Part shown: piece by piece, positions 1 through 12,958 of the stretch
How the letters are laid out: each line of letters begins with the position of its first letter
How positions within the stretch are numbered: the first letter of the stretch is position 1
NCBI GenBank assembly: GCA_038087875.1
Contig: JAXLNO010000325.1
Span: 1-64,000 of the forward strand
Source: Malacoraja senta
Lineage: Eukaryota
Reading direction: 5' to 3'
Length of the DNA stretch: 64,000 nt
Translations under genes and position numbers: made by a program
Notes under the pieces: model-generated
The model's input: only the letters and a program-made list of their open reading frames with translations
Databases searched by the model: none
Told to the model about the DNA's origin: nothing

Positions 1-3000
1 GCACTCCCTCTGGCGCTCCCTTTGACTATCCTCCTCCCCATCCTCTTCCCCTCCATCACCCTTCCATTCCTCTCCCCCCTCCCCATTCCTCCCTCTCCCA
101 TCTCCCCCCTCCCCTTCCTCTTCCATCCCTTCCTTCCCATTCTCGCTTTCCTACTCTTCCCTCTCCCCCTTCCTCTCCTCCCTTCTGCTTCCCCGTCCAC
201 ACCCCTCCCCCTTTCTCACCCCTCCTCCTTAATCTCCATTCTCACTCCCCTGGCTCCTTGTCCCCTTTCATTATCTTCCTCCCCTCCCCTCCCCTCCCCT
301 CCACTTCCACCACCTCTCTCGCCCATCTCCACCTCCCGCCTTCCTCATTCCTCTTGCACCCTTATTCGCCTCCTCCCCTTCAACTTCCCCTCTCCCTCCC
401 CACTCTCACCCTCTTCCCCCCGCCCACCCCTTTCCCCACTTCACCCAACCTCCCCTTCTACACCCCTTCCTCATCCCACCATTTTCCTCCTCGCCACCCT
501 TCCTCTCACCCATCGACTTCCTCTCACCTCCCCTTCATCTCGCCCCTCCCCCTCACCTTTCCCCATTCTCCCCCCCTCCCCTCTCCCTTTCCCTTCCATC
601 TTCCCCCCCTCTCGCCCTTCATATCCCGCCCCTCACCTTCCTCAGCCCCCCTCGCACCTCCAGCCTCCCTCCCCCACCACCTCACACCTTCCCCTTGCCC
701 CCGCCCTCTTCCCCATCCTCACCCCTCCCTCTCCCCTTCTTTCCCCTCACTCTATCCCCCTCCCTTCGCCCTCCCTCGCCCATCGCTCCCCCTCCACCAT
801 TCATGTTCCCCTTCCCTCCCTCTTCTCCCCTTCTACTCCTTCCACGCCCTTCCTCAACTTCCTCCCCTCCCACTTTTACCTCTTCCCCTTTCCTCTCCCC
901 CTTCGCTTTCCTCTCCCCACCCCTCTTCCTCTTCCCCTTCCTCTCCCATTCCATTATCCCTACCACTACCCCTTCCTCCTTCCTCCTCACCCCACTCCTC
1001 TCCACTCCTCTCTCGCTTCCTCCTCCCCCTCCTCTCCGCCTCCTCTACCCACTCATCTCCCACCTCCTCTCTCCCTTCCTCCCTCGCCCTCCTCTTCCCT
1101 CCTCTCCCCCCTCCATACCCCCCTCTCCTCCCTCCTCTCCCCCCTCCTCTGCCCACTCCCCTCCCCTCCTATCCCCCCATCCCCATCCTCTCCCGCTCCT
1201 AACCCCCCACCTCTCACCCTCCTTTCCCCTCCGCTTCCCTGCTCTTACCCCTCCTCACCCCGCTCCTCTCCCCCCTCGTTCTCCCCTCCTCTGCCCCTTC
1301 CTCTCTCCTCCCCCTTCCTCCTCTATCACATTCTCCCCCCATTCCTCTCCCCTCTCCCTCCCTCCTCTATCACTCTCTCCCCTTCCTCTGCCCTTCTCTC
1401 CCCCTTCACTCCCCCTCTCCTACCACCCTCCTCTCCACACACTCTCCCCCCTCCGCTCCCCCTTCCTCTCCCCGTGTTTCCTAGCTCACCCCTTCCCATC
1501 ACCCCACGCTCGACCCCACCTTTTCCCCTTCCTCTCCCCCTTCCACTCTCCTTCAATTTTCTCTCGCCATCCCCTGCCCCTCCCATTCTTATCCTTCCTC
1601 TCCCCTCCCAATTCCTCCCTCTTATCCTCTCCTAATCCCCCTTCATCTTCCACCCTCTCTTTCCTCCACCCCTCTCTTTCCCTACAACTTCATTTCTCGC
1701 CTATACCCCTCACCACCATCTTCTCTCCCACCCCCTCTGCTCCTCCCCCTTCACTCTCCACGTCCTATTCCCATCACACCTGTCCCCCACTGCCACTCCC
1801 ACTCCCTCCCCTCCTCTCCGCCTCCTCTCCCCACTCATCTCCACCTCCTCTCTCCCTTCCTCCCTCCCCCTCCTCTCCCCCTCCTCTCGCCTTCCTCTCT
1901 CAACATCCCCCTTCTCTCTCCCATCCTCTCCCCATCCTCTCTCCATCCTCTCACCATCCTCTCCCGTCCTCTCCCCCCTCCTCCTCCTCTCCTCCTCCTC
2001 ACCCCTTCCTCTGCCCCTTCTCTCCCCTCCTCTACTCTTCCTCTCCCACTCCTCCTCTCCTCCTTTCTCCCTCACCCTCCTCTCCCCCTCCTCTCCCCCT
2101 CCTCTCTCACACATCTCCCCCTCCTCTCCCCCTCCTCTCTCCCCCTCCTCTCCCCACTCCCTCTCCCCCCTCCTCTCCTCTCTCCTCCTCCTCTATCTCT
2201 CCCCTTCCTCTCTCCCCCTCTCTCGCCCCCTCTCCCTCCTCACCCCACTCTGCCCTTCCCTCTCTCCCCCTTCCTCCCCTCCCTCCTCTAAACCCCCCTC
2301 TCTCCGCCTCCTCTCTCCCCCTCCCTCCCCCTCACTCCCTCCTCTCTGCCCCCTCCTCTGCCCGCCTCTCTCCGCCTCCTCTAACCCCCCTCTCTCCCCT
2401 CCCTCCCACTCTCTCCCCTCACTCCCTCCTCTCTGCCCCCATCTCTCTCCCCCTCCTCTCTCCCCTCCTCCGTCCCCCTCCTCCATCCGCCTCCTCACCC
2501 CCTCTCCACCTCCTCTCTCGCCCTCCTCTCTCGTCCCCTCTCCCCCCGCTACACCTCCTCTCTCCCTCCTCTCTCCACTTCCTCCCCTCTCACCCCCTCT
2601 CGTCCCCCTCGCTCCCTGCTCTCACCCCTCTCTCCCCCCTCTCTCCTCCATTCTCCCTCCTCTCTCCCCCTCCTCTCTGCCCTCTCTCCCCACCTCACCC
2701 TTCCACTCCCTGCCTCTCTCCCTCCTCACTCCATTCCTCTCCCTATGCTACCACCCCATCTCCCCCATACACCTTTTCTCCCGCGATCGCACCTCCTTCC
2801 TCATCCCACTCGCCCGTCATCTCCCTCTCATTCCTCACCACCTCTGACCTTCCCTCACCCTCTCTTTCCCCTTTCACCTCCCTGCACTCACCTAATATTG
2901 CTGCCTCCCCCCTCTGCACCCCTCACCGCTCGTTCCCTCTGTCCCCTTCCCCCTCACCCTTCCCACCCCCCTCACACTCCCGTTCACCATCTTACTCCCA

Positions 3001-6000
3001 CCCCTACCTTTCCTCACCCCCTCCTCCATCCATCCCTCATCATTCCCTCTGATGCTCCATTGACTGTCGCCCTCCTCCCCCCTCATTTCCACTTCCTCTC
3101 CCCCTTCCCCCTCCTCCCACCCGCATCCTCTCCCCACCACCTCCTCTCCTTCCTCTCACTCTTCTTCTCCCCCCTCCTCTCGCCACTCCTCTCCCCACTC
3201 CTCAACCCCCTCCTCTGCCTCCGCCAATCCGCCCCTGCTCGCCCCCCTCCTCTCTCTCCTCCTCTTCTCCTCTCCCTCCTCCTCTCCCCCCTCCTCTCCC
3301 TCCTCTCACCCTCCTATCCCCCTCCTCTCCCCCTCCTCTCACACCCTGCTCTCCCCCTCCTCACCCCCTCCTCTTCCCCTGCTCGCCCCTCCTCTCCCCA
3401 CTCCTCTCCCCACCTCTTCGCCCCCTCCTTTCCCCCTCCTCTCCCCACTCCTCTCCCCACTCCTCGCCCCCCACCTCTTCCCCCTCCTCTTCCCCTCCTC
3501 TCCCCCTCATCTCCCCTCCTCCTCTTCCTCCTCCTCTCCCCCTCCTCTCACCCTCCTATCCCCTCCTCCTCTCCCCCCTCCTCTCACGCCCTGCTCATCC
3601 CCCTCCTCTCCGCCTCCTCTTCCCCCTCCTCACCCCCTCCTCTCCCCACTCCTCTCCCCCTCTTCTCCCTCCTCTCCTCCCTCCTTATCTCGCTCCATTC
3701 CCTCCTCTCCCAACTCCTCAGTCCCCTCTTCTCCCCCTCCATTCCCCTCCTCTCCCCCTCCTCTCCCCCCTCCATTCCCCTCGTCTCTCCACTCCTTTCC
3801 CCCCTCCTCATCCCCCTCTCCCCCTCCTCTCCCACTCCTCATCCCCTCCTCTCCTCCTCCTCTCCCACTCCTCTCCCCCCTCCTCTCCACCCCTCCTCTC
3901 CCCTCCATTCCCCTCCTCCCCCTTCCTCTCCGCACTCCTCTTCCCCTCCATTCCACTCCTCTTCACCCTCCTCTACCCACTCTTCTCCCGCCTCATTCCC
4001 CTCCTCTCCCCACTCCTCTACCCACTCCACCCCCCCTCCTCCCCCTTCCTCTTCCTCCCTCCTCCCCCTCCTCTCCCCTCCTCCATTCCCCACCTCTTCC
4101 CCCTCCTCTTCCCCCCTCCTTCCCCTCCTCCCCTCCTTACCCCCCTCACCGCATCCTCTCCCCATCCTCTCCCCCCTCCATTCCCTCCCCCTCCTCTGCC
4201 CCTCCTCTCCCCCTCCTCTCCCCCCTCCATACCCCCTCTCCTCCCTCCTCTCCCCCCTCCTCCTCCCCCAATCCCCTCCCCCTCCTTACCCCCCCTCCAT
4301 TCCCCATCCTCTCCCCCTCCATTCCAGTCCTGTCCCCCCTCCTAACCTCCCTCCTAACCCCCTCTCTTCCCCCTCCTCTCCCGTACTCACCCCCTCCATT
4401 CCCCTCCGCCTCCTCCTCTCCCCATCCTCTGCCCCCTCCTAACCCCCACCTCTCCCACCCTCCATTCCCCTCCGCTCCCTGCTCTTACCCCTCCTCACCC
4501 CGCTCCTCCTCCCCCTCGTTTCCCCCTCCTCTGCTCCTTCCTCTCCCCTCCCCCTTCCTCCTCTATCACCTTTCTCCCCCCATCCTCTCCCCTCTTCCTC
4601 CCTCCTCTATCACCTTCTCTCCCCATTCTCTCCCCCTCCTCTCTCCTTCCTCTCCCCTCCTCTCTCCTTCCTCTCCCCCTCCTCTCCCCTTCCTCATCCC
4701 CCTCCTCTCCCCTCCTCATCCCCTCCTAGCACCCTCCGCTCCCCCCCTCCATTTCCCTCCTCCTCTCCCCACTCCTCTCCCCCCTTCCTTGCCCCTTCCT
4801 AATTCCCCCTTCACTCCCCCTCCTCTACCACCCTCTCTCCCCCTTCCGCTCCCCCTTCCTCTCCCCGCGTTTCCCTAGCTCTCCCCTTCCCCATCACCCC
4901 CACGCTCGACCCCACCTTTTCCCCTTCCTCTCGCCCTTCCACTCTCCCTTCAATTTCTCTCCCCATCCCCTGCCCCCCCATCTTATCCTTCCTTTCCCTC
5001 CCAATTCTCCTCTTAACCTCTTCCTAAAGCCCCCTTCATCTTCCACCCCTCTCTTCCCTACAACTTCATTTTCCTCGCCTATACCCTCACCACCATCTTC
5101 TCTCACCCACCCCCTCTGCTCCTCCCCCTTCACTTCTCCACGTCCTATTCCCATCACTCCTGTCCCACCCCTGCCACTCCACTCCCCACCGTCTCCCTCC
5201 TTCCCTCGCTCCCTCTCCTTCCCCATTCTCACGCCTCCTCCACCCCTCCCCTTCCTCTCATCCTCCCTCTCCAATCCCTCCTGCACCCTCCCACTCACAT
5301 TCCCTCCCTCACCTCACTCCCCCTCCCACTTCCTCTCCCTTTTTCTACACATTACCCCTTCCTCTCCATCTTCTGCCTCTTCTCCCTCCCCTTCCTCTCC
5401 CTCCTCGCCCTTCCCCACCTTACCCCCTCCATCTGCACTGCCCTCCATCACCCTGCCCTTCCCCTTCCCCCTCCCCCCTTAACCCTCGCCATCCCCTCCC
5501 CACCTCCTATCCTTGCCCCCTCACCGTCCCTTCTCCCTCCCCTCCCTCCTCCCCATCCCCTTCATTCTCCCTCTCCCCCTCCCCCCTCCGCGTCCCCATC
5601 AGCCATCGCCTCCCCCCTCCCCTTCCCCTCCCCATCCCCCTCACACTCGCCCTTGCCACCCCCCTCCCGTTCACGCACCACCTCCCCTCCCCTCCCCTCC
5701 CTCACCCCTTGCCTCCCCCGTCTCCCTCCCACACCCCCTTCCCATCCACATCCCACCCCCTAACCCTTCACCTCCCCTTCCCCTCTCCCTCCCCCTTCCC
5801 TCTCCCCCCCTCCCCTTAACCTCCCCATCCCTCTCCCCCTCCTCTACCCCCTCCCTTCCACCTCATCCCCCCTCCCATACCACTCCCCCTCTCCCTCCTC
5901 TTCACCTTCCCCCTCACTCCCCCATCCCCTCCCCCTCAGCCTCCCTTCACCCTCCCCTCCCCGTCCCCCTTCACCCTCCCCTCCACCTCCCATTCACCCA

Positions 6001-6205
6001 CCCCTCCCTTTCTCCCTCCACCCCCATGCCCTTACACCTCTACCTCCCGCACCCTTTCCCCCTCCACCCCTCCTTCGCCCTCCCCCTACCCTTCCCAACC
6101 CACTCCCCTCCCCTTCCCCTCACCCCCCATCCCCATCCCCTCCCCTTCAACCTCATCTCCCCTCCCCGTTCACTTCCTCGTCTCCTACCCCCTCCCCTTC
6201 ACCCT
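1..6205. repeat. Degenerate polypyrimidine (C/T-rich) low-complexity tract
   Basis: The + strand is almost all C/T. The Pro/Ser/Leu and Gly/Arg/Glu ORFs here are compositional artefacts. About 1200-1810 recurs at about 4440-5185. Confidence 0.95.
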
Positions 6206-6209
6206 CCTG

Positions 6210-6293
6210 TCAGTTGTGTGTGGGTGCAGGAGGTAGCACCAAAACAGTCATCGATGTAGCGGAGGTAGAGGTCGGGGATGGGGACCTGGTACA
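6210..6293 (-). mobile_element. Penelope-like retroelement RT fragment
   Basis: The minus strand translates to YQVPIPDLYLRYIDDCFGATSCTHTQL, which contains the PLE-type RYxDD catalytic motif. Confidence 0.75.
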
Positions 6294-6431
6294 TTATAAA
6301 TAAAACGTGTTTATTGTTGTCAAGGGGGAGGGGGGCAGGAGATAAAAGTGTTCGTTGTCATGCACACTTGTCATCGGCCCGCCACGGAATGTGTGTCCCC
6401 ATGTTTTAAACGAGCTGTCTGTCCCCGCGGC

Positions 6432-6932
6432 CGGTGTGGGGGTGAATCACCCGGTGTGGGTGCCGGGGTTCGGGGTGTATCACCTGGTGTGGGTGTCAGG
6501 GTCCGGGGTTCGGGGGTGGGAGTGAATCACCTGGTGTGGGTGTCAGGGTTCGGGGGTGGGGGTGTATCACCTGGTGTGGGTGTCAGGGTCCGGGGTTCGG
6601 GGGTGGGAGTGAATCACCCGGTGTGGGTGTCAGGGTCCGGGGTTCGGGGTGTATCACCCGGTGTGGGTGTCAGGGTCCGGGGTTCGGGGTGTATCACCGG
6701 TGTGGGTGTCAGGGTCCGGGGTCCGGGGGTGGGAGTGAATCACCTTGCGTGGGTGTCAGGGTTCGGGAGTGGGGGTGAATCACCTGGTGAGGGTGTCAGG
6801 GTCCGGGGTTCGGGGGTGGGAGTGAATCACCTGGCGTGGGTGTCAGGGTTCGGGGGTGGGAGTGAATCACCTGGCGTGGGTGTCAGGGTTCGGGAGTGGG
6901 GGTGAATCACCTGGTGTGGGTGTCAGGGTCCG
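6432..6932. repeat. G-rich minisatellite (variable unit of about 30-47 bp)
   Basis: Tandem variants of GGTGTGGGTGTCAGGGTCCGGGGTTCGGGGGTGGGAGTGAATCACCT. Confidence 0.9.
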
Positions 6933-7420
6933 GGGGAGAGAGAGAGGGGGAGAGAGAGAGGGGGAGAGAGAAGGGGAGAGAGAGGCGGGAGGGAGAGGAG
7001 ATAAAGGGGGTGAGAGAGAGGGGGGAGAGAGGGGGGAGAGAGTGATGGGGGTTAGAGGGAGAGAGTGTGGGAGAAGGGGGGGACAGAGGGGGCAGAGAGA
7101 GAGACGGAGAGATAGCGAGATACGGGGAGAGATGTGGAGTTTGGGAGGGGGAGAGGGGGGAGAGAGAGAGGGGGAGCGAGGGAGAGGGGGTGATAGCGGG
7201 GTGTGAGAGAGAGGGAAATAGATAGAGAGGGGAGAGAGAGATTGGAGTGAGAGAGAGAGAGGCAGCGAAGGGGAGAGAGAGAGGGGTGAAGAGAGGAAGA
7301 GAGTGGGGGGAGAGAGAAAGAGAGGGGAAAAGAGAGAGAGAAAGGGGGGAGAGTGGAGGGAAAGAGAGAGAAGGGAAGAAAGGTAGAGATAGAGACAGAG
7401 AGAGACAAGGGGGGAACAGA
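6933..7420. repeat. GA-rich low-complexity tract
   Basis: Degenerate (GA)n/(GGGA)n sequence. Confidence 0.9.
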
Positions 7421-7540
7421 GAATCCGCCGCCATCTTGGTTCCTGGGTCCCTGCGTCGTGACATCATCGCGTCGACCTCCGCCCATAGTTTGCCGCCTAC
7501 GTGACGTCAGCACAATGCCCCCTGGGAATTGTAGTCTTCC
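7421..7540 (-). promoter_or_regulatory. CpG-rich housekeeping-type promoter motif cluster
   Basis: Within about 120 bp: YY1 motif CAAGATGGCGGC (minus strand, 7427-7438), GC box at 7477-7484, perfect CRE TGACGTCA at 7502-7509, and the ZNF143/THAP11 motif GACTACAATTCCCAG (minus strand, 7522-7536). Local CpG density is high. Confidence 0.7.
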
Positions 7541-7689
7541 CTGTGACAATGAACCAGTTCCCCCCCCCCATCACTGAAGAAGGTTCCAATACGTCACCAT
7601 CCCTTGTTCTCCACAGATACAGCCCAGTCCCGCCCGCTGAGTTACTCCAGCATTTTACACAATAGACAACAGGTGGAGGAGGAGGAGGA

Positions 7690-8025
7690 GGAGAACATTC
7701 GGCCCTTCCAGCCAGCACCGCCATTCAATGTGATCATGGCTGATCATCCCCAATCAGTACCCCGTTCCTGCCTTCTCCGCATATCACTGACTCCGCTATC
7801 TTTTTTTTAAATTTTTTTATAATTTTTTAATAGAAGTACGGTAGATTACAGTAATGTACAACACGTATATATTAATACATTTTTTGTACCGCTTCACTTT
7901 TTAAACTTTAAGAAAGAAAAAGAAAAGATGACTCCGCTATCTTGAAGAGCCTATCTAGCTCTCTCAAGAAAGCATCCAGAGACCCTGCCTCCACCGCCCT
8001 CTGAGGCAGAGAATTCCGCAGACTC
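7690..8025 (-). mobile_element. CR1 3' end interrupted by a short poly(A) retro-insertion (about 7801-7928)
   Basis: CR1 3'UTR motifs (CATTCGGCCC..., TGATCATGGCTGATCATC). The insert starts with a T-tract and is flanked by a duplicated TGACTCCGCTATC (7788-7800 and 7929-7941). Confidence 0.75.
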
Positions 8026-8029
8026 AAAA

Positions 8030-8775
8030 TCCTGTCTCCCCCTCTGTCTCCCTTCTGAACCCCCTATCCCACTCTCTGTATCCCCCTCTGTCTCCCCCTC
8101 TCTCACCCACTCTCCCCCTCTCTCTCCTGAACTCCCTCTCTCTATCCTCTCCCTCTCTCTCCCCTCCCTCTCACTCCATCTCTCTCACCCCCTCCCTCTC
8201 TCCCTCTCCATCTCTCCTCCTCCCTCTCACTCCATCTCTCTCTCCCCCTCCCTCTCACCCCCTCCCTCTCTCCCCCTCCATCTCTCCCCCTCCCTCTCTC
8301 CCCTCCCCCTCCCTCTCTCCCTCTCCATCTCTCCCCCTCCCTCTCTCTCCCCCTCTCTCTGTCCCCCTCGCTCTCTGTCCCCCTCCCTCTCCCCCCCTCA
8401 CTCCCCCCTCACCCCCTCCTCTCCATATCTCTCACCCCCTCCCTCTCACCCCCAACCCCTCTCGCTCTCCCCTCCTCCCTCTCTCCCTCTTTCTCCCCTT
8501 CCCTCACCCCCTCCCTCTCTCCCCCTCCATCTCTCCCCCACCTCTCTCTCACCCTCCCTCTCACCCTCCATCTCTCCCCCACTTCTCTCTCTCCCTCTCT
8601 TCCCCCTCTCTCTCTCCCCAGCACCGCACAGAGATGGGGAAAGGGAAGGGGAGCGGTAGGAGGAGAGAGAGAGGGAGAGTCAGAGAGAGAGAAGAGGGTA
8701 GAGGTGATGGGGAGAAAGGGGGGATAGAGGGAAAAGGGGAAAGAGACATCTCTCTCTCTCTCTCTCTCCCGTGCT

Positions 8776-8837
<62 letters not shown>

Positions 8838-8850
8838 GCGCTCTCTCTCC

Positions 8851-8916
<66 letters not shown>

Positions 8917-8970
8917 GTCTCTCTCTCTCTCCCTCTGCATCTCCCTCTCACACACACTCTCTCTCTCTGT
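8030..8970. repeat. CT/GA low-complexity tract and (CT)n microsatellite
   Basis: Direct inspection. The RE/SL-repeat ORFs here are artefacts. Confidence 0.95.
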
Positions 8971-9064
8971 CTGACGAAGAGTCTCGACCACAAAACATCA
9001 CCCATTCCTTCTCTCCAGGGATGCTGCCTGACCCGCTGAGTTACTCCACCATTTTGTGTCTCAC

Positions 9065-9775
9065 GTTAGAAGGATGAGAGGGCATCTTATTGTACAGGGC
9101 TCTAGTGAGCCACACCTGGAGTATTGGTGCAGTTTCAGTCTCCTAATTTGAGGAATGACATTCTTGCTATTGAGGGAGACCAGCATAGGTTTACAAGGTA
9201 AATTCCCATCATAGCAGGACTGTCATATCCTGAGAGAATGGAGCGGCTAGGCTTGTACACTCTGGTGTTTAGAAGGATGAGAGGGTATCTCATTGAAACA
9301 TATAAGATTATTAAGGGTTTGGACAAGCTGGAGGCAGGAAACATATTCCTGATGTTGGGGGAGTCCAGAACCAGGGGCCACAGTTCAAGAATAAGGGGTA
9401 AGCCATTTAGGACTGAGATGAGGAAACACTTTTACCCAGAGAGTTGTGAATCTGTGGCAATCTAGGACTGAGATGAGGAGAAACTTTTCCACCCAAAGAG
9501 TTGTGAATCTGTGGCTATTTAGGACTGAGATGAGGAGAAACTTTTCACCCAGAGAGTTGTGAATCTGTGCGATTCTCTGCCACAGAATGCAGTGGAGGCC
9601 GATTCACTGGATGTTTTCAAGAGGGAGTTAGATGAAGCTCTTAAAGATAGTGGAGTCAGGGGATATGGGGAGAAGGCAGGAACGGGGTACTGATTGGGGA
9701 TGATCAGCCATGATCACATTGAATGGCGGTGCTGGCTCGAAGGGCCGAATGGCCCTACTGTCTATTGTCTATCTA
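9065..9775 (+). mobile_element. CR1 LINE 3' fragment with an internal triplication of about 55 bp (about 9407-9570)
   Basis: ORF reads ERLGLYTL...RGHS.RI.G..FRTEMRK, the CR1 ORF2 C-terminus. A CR1 3'UTR and tandem tail follow. Confidence 0.9.
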
Positions 9776-10219
9776 CAGCAGTTTCTTCCTACACAATATC
9801 CACGTGTTAACTCTCTCCCTCTCTTCCGAATCTCACGGATTAAGGGGCACTTTGGAACAAAACGCTCGGGTCACAATGTGGGCGATGAGATGCAGGGCGG
9901 CCTTATAAGGACGTCTTTGATTTTTACAACAGGTTCAGCTGTTAGCAATTCATTCGGGGAAACCAGGGTCACAGCAAAGATGGTCAAATAGTTATTGTTT
10001 TACAGCAGACCAGAAATCACAGAGAGATGTGGACGCAGCCCAGACCATCACGGTTCAGTTTAGTTCACTTTATTGTCCCGTGTAGCGAGGTACAGTGAAA
10101 AGCTTTCTTGTTGTGGGATCTCCAGTCAGCGGGAAGACTGGACATGATTACAATCCAGCCGTCCACAGTGTACAGATACAGGATAAAGGGAATAATGTTC
10201 AGTGTAAAATACAGTAAAG

Positions 10220-10273
10220 TCTCTCTCTGTCTCTCTCTCTCTATCTCTCTCTCTCTGTCTGTCTATCTCTCTA

Positions 10274-10329
<56 letters not shown>

Positions 10330-10728
10330 TCCTCTCTCTCCCCATCTCTCTCACTTCCACTCTCTGTCTTTCCCCTCTCTCTATTGCCCCTCTAACTAAC
10401 TCACCCTCTTCCCCCCTCTCTATCTCCCCATCACTCTCCCCCCTCTCTCTATCTCCCCATCATTCTCTACACAGTAATGTCTCTCTATCTGTCTCTCTCA
10501 CTATCCCCCTCTCTCTCTCCCTCTCTCTATCGCCCTTTCTCTATCACACCCTCTCCCTCTCTCTCTCTCCCTCTCTCTACCTCCCCTCTCACTCTCGCCT
10601 GTCTCTCTCCCCCTCTCTCTCCCCCTCTCTTTATCTCCCCCCTCTCTCCCCCTCTCTCTACCCCTCTGTTCTCGCTCTCCTCTCCCCCCCATCTCTCCCT
10701 CCCCTCTCCCCCCCCTCTCCCTCTCTCT
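10220..10728. repeat. (CT)n-rich low-complexity tract
   Basis: Direct inspection. Confidence 0.9.
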
Positions 10729-10825
10729 GTGAAACAGGGTAAACCTGTGTGTGAAGTTTGCACGACATCTCTAGACTCAATGTTCTGTCTGATGAAGGCC
10801 AATGTGACAAAAGCCTTTTAAACCA

Positions 10826-11926
10826 CCCTATATGTACACCATATGTACACCACAGCTATATGTACACCATATGTACACCAGCAGCTATATGTACACCATA
10901 TGTACACCAGCAGCTATATGTACACCACATTATTTACATTTATACACTAATCAAATATTTACAAAGCCATACAAAAAAAGAGAAAAAAGAAAAGAAACCC
11001 CCTGATATACGATACAGTATCTCTTATTCATATATACAACCCATCACCCTATAATCACCCTTCCCAATACAATCAGTATAACAAATATCCCACTCACAAT
11101 CACCTATCCTCATCCCAATATCCTTTAAAAAAGTGTGTTTGTACATCTGTTTAAAGTGAATCATGTTTGTGCTAAGTTTTATCTACTAATCAAGACCATT
11201 CCACAAATTCACCCAACAGATTGCTATGTACATACTTTTAAGAGTTGTTCTGACATTGAGTTTTTTTAAATTAAGTTCCCCTCTCAAATTATACCCACCC
11301 TGTCTTTCCATAAACAGTTTTTATATATTTCCTGGAAGTAAATTGTTTCTTGCTTTGTACATGATTTGTGCAGTTTTAAATTTAACCAGATCGGTGAACT
11401 TCAGTGTGTGTGACTTTAAGAATAATAAATTGGTATGTTCAAGATATCCAACGTTATTGATCATTCTTATTGCTCTTTTTTGTAATGTACATAACGGCTG
11501 TAGGTTGGTTTTGTAGGTGTTACCCCATATCTCCACACAGTAACTCAGATATGGCAATATGAGTGTATTATACAGAGTATGTAATGATTTATGGTCCAGA
11601 ATGTTTCTTGATTTTCCCAATATTGCTATATACTTTGCCAGTTTTGCTTTGACGTGGTTTATATGTGGTTTCCAGCAGATTTTGTGGTCTAAGATCACAC
11701 CAAGAAATCTATTTTCATATACTCTTTCTATACTTATGTTATCTATTTTCAATTGTACTTGAGGGTTGTTTTATGTTTTCCCAATAGCATCATCTTTGTT
11801 TTGCTTAAAGTTAAAGACAATTTGTTGACATCAAACCACTGTTTTAATTTATTCATTTCTGATGTGATGACCTCCAAAAGCTGCTTCAAATTGTCACCGG
11901 AACAAAAAATATTCGTATCATCGTAT
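10826..11926 (-). mobile_element. 5'-truncated AT-rich LINE of the CR1/L2 group (Crack/Daphne-like), copy 1
   Basis: RT C-terminal peptide RFLGVILDHKICWKPHI...ILPYLSYCVEIWG...LQKRAIR. The 3'UTR carries a TATGTACACCAGCAGC minisatellite. Near-identical to 42750-43925. Confidence 0.8.
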
Positions 11927-12958
11927 TTTGGACACCATATCTGAGGAAGGATAGGCTGGCTCTGGAGAGGGCCCAGAGGAGGATTACAAGAATGATCCCA
12001 GGAATGAGTAGGTTAACCTATGATGAGCGTTTGTCGGCACTGGGCCTGTACTCGCTGGAGTTTAGAAGAATGAGGCGGGACCTCATTGAAACGTACAGAA
12101 TAGTGAAAGGCTTTGATAGAGTGGATGTGGACAAGATCCACTAGTGGTTGAGTCGAGGACTAGAGGGCGGAGCCTCAGAATTAAAGCATGTTCATGTTGG
12201 AAGGAGAGGAGGAGGAATTTCTTCAGTCAGAGGGAGGTGAATCTGTGGAATTCTTTGACAGAGAAGGCTGCGGAGGCCAAGTCAGTGGATATTCGTAAGG
12301 CATAGGTAGAAAGATTCTTGATTAGTACAAAAATCAGGGGTTGTTGAGGGAGTGCAGTGTAGGTTTACAAGGTTAATTCCCGGGATGGTGGGACTGTCAT
12401 ATGCTGAGAGAATGGAGCGGCTGGGCATGTATACCCTGGGATTTAGAAGAATGAGAGGTAATATTATTGAAACATACAATATTATTAAGGGTTTGGACAC
12501 GCTAGAGGCAGGAAACATGTTCCCGATGTTGGGGGTGTCCAGAACCAGGGGAAAAAGGGAAGTGCAACGAGATCTGGATGTCCTTGTGCATCAGTCACTG
12601 AAAGTAAAGATGTGGGTACAACAGGCAGTGAAGAAAATGAAAGAAATGTTGGCCTTCATAACAAGAGGATTTGAGTAAAGAGGTCCTTCTGCAGTTGGAC
12701 AGGGCCCTGGTGAGACCATATCTGGAGTATTATGTGAAATTTGGTTTCCTAATTTGAAGAAAGACATCCTTGCTATTGAGGCAGTGCAGCGTAGGTTCAT
12801 GCGGTGAAGACGGAGATGAGAAAAAACTTCACCCAGAGAGTTGTGAATTTGTGGAATTCTCTGCCACAGAAGGCAGCAGAGGCCAATTCACCGGATGCAT
12901 TTAAAATAGTTAGATAGAGCTCTTGGGGCTAGCGGAATCAAGGGGAATGGGGAGAAGG
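11927..12958 (+). mobile_element. Composite of CR1 3' fragments
   Basis: QRRFTR.IPGM..L.Y.ERL motifs. The same composite, with the same junctions, is at 56265-57320. Confidence 0.85.

Noticed and set aside
22..6259. Long Pro/Ser/Leu-rich ORFs (up to 785 aa) resembling extensins or mucins
   Set aside because: They are open in several frames only because C/T-rich sequence cannot form stop codons. There is no domain or codon signal.
6340..6430. snoRNA or snRNA downstream of the ZNF143 motif
   Set aside because: There are no convincing C/D or H/ACA boxes, Sm site or PSE.
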